Source of the DNA: an uncultured Planctomycetaceae bacterium
Lineage (GTDB): Bacteria; Planctomycetota; Phycisphaerae; SM23-33
DNA length: 64,000 bases
Direction of reading: 5' to 3'
Assembly: GCA_964607575.1 (NCBI GenBank)
Contig: CAZSLS010000003.1
Location: 10,887-74,886 of the forward strand
Shown here: in pieces, positions 63,484 through 64,000 of the stretch
Position numbering within the stretch: the first letter of the stretch is position 1
Layout of the letters: each line of letters begins with the position of its first letter
Position numbers and translations under genes: made by a program
Notes under the pieces: generated by a model
Databases searched by the model: none
The model's input: only the letters and a program-made list of their open reading frames with translations
What the model was told of the DNA's origin: nothing

Positions 63484-64000
63484 TTATTCTTGGAGTTCGC
63501 GGCTTTTTGCGGCTGCTGCCCGAACGGCCGACACGAGCGATTCCTTGACGCCGTCGGCATCGAGGGTGGCGGTTGCTTGTTGGGTCGGGCCTCCCGGAGC
63601 GGTCGCCCGCATGCGTAGTATCGCCGGGCGTTCGTCGCTTTCGGAGAGCATTTTTGCGGCGCCGAGGCAGGTTTGTTCGGTCAGCGTGTTTGCGGTTTCC
63701 CGATCGAGTCCTTCGGTCACTCCGGCCTGGATCATCGCTTCGGCCAGATAGAACAGATACGCCGGTCCGCAGCGAGAGATGGCCTCGACAGCGCCCGCCA
63801 GTTTTTCGTCTACTATGGCGGTCTTTCCGCACGTGGACAAGATTCTTCCTGCCTGTTTGAGATCTTTGCCCGTAGCCCTGGGCCCCGCACACAACGCCGA
63901 CATCCCCGCCCCGACCAGTACCGGCGTGTTGGGCACGACCCGAACGATATGTCCTCGCTGCCCCAGCGCTTTGTCCATTAACTGTGTGCTGATGTCGGGT
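63484..64000 (-). CDS. Divergent pyrroline-5-carboxylate reductase paralog, 3' part only (gene continues beyond the right edge)
   Basis: Aligns by eye with proC (VRVVPNTPVLVGAG..., GPAYLFYLAEAM) but has AISRCGPAY and ATAPGGPTQ in place of the canonical motifs. The frame stays open upstream of the internal Met at 63978 through 64000. Confidence 0.75.
   Translation of the reverse strand, partial: PDISTQLMDKALGQRGHIVRVVPNTPVLVGAGMSALCAGPRATGKDLKQAGRILSTCGKTAIVDEKLAGAVEAISRCGPAYLFYLAEAMIQAGVTEGLDRETANTLTEQTCLGAAKMLSESDERPAILRMRATAPGGPTQQATATLDADGVKESLVSAVRAAAAKSRELQE

Overview
High-GC bacterial chromosomal window. Gene content suggests Planctomycetota, possibly Phycisphaerae-like: TAT-signal sulfatases, PSCyt-type CXXCH motifs, giant PQQ-like propeller proteins, a very long SecDF and a GxxExxY gene. 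This taxonomy is inference only. I count about 55 protein-coding genes and saw no rRNA, tRNA or CRISPR array. All family calls are motif recognition by eye; no searches were run.

Layout, left to right:
- 1-5.7 kb: housekeeping and envelope genes, including a metallophosphoesterase, tsaB, an ACT protein, a lipoprotein and an AsmA-like protein.
- 5.8-23.4 kb: a glycan-utilisation-like block. It holds two LamG/beta-propeller/di-CXXCH paralogs, a ribose-type sugar ABC importer, a TAT-exported Gfo/Idh/MocA oxidoreductase with a PmoA-like partner, and two sulfatases. A GxxExxY cassette bracketed by a perfect 37-nt inverted repeat and short tandem repeats interrupts this block.
- 23.6-35.4 kb: a tightly packed plus-strand gene string. 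It runs exported Cys protein, MacB-type ABC pair, ModABC-like importer with two binding proteins, then two PQQ-like propeller proteins.
- 35.4-40.7 kb (minus strand): an AmmeMemoRadiSam cassette. Memo and AMMECR1 are fused behind a lipobox, the radical SAM enzyme has a twin-arginine-type N-terminus, and a polytopic spermidine-synthase-like protein plus a small membrane protein are embedded. I consider this the best candidate for something undescribed.
- 40.8-42.7 kb: RuMP genes, an HPS-RraA fusion and PHI.
- 42.8-48.6 kb: an envelope trio, then ResB/CcsA.
- 48.6-64 kb (minus strand): holA, arsR, prfA, rpmE, a lipoprotein, secDF carrying an EF-hand pair, purH, a BamB-like protein, and proC-pruA-proC.

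Many long ORFs in the track lie antisense to well-supported genes and are rejected as high-GC artefacts.
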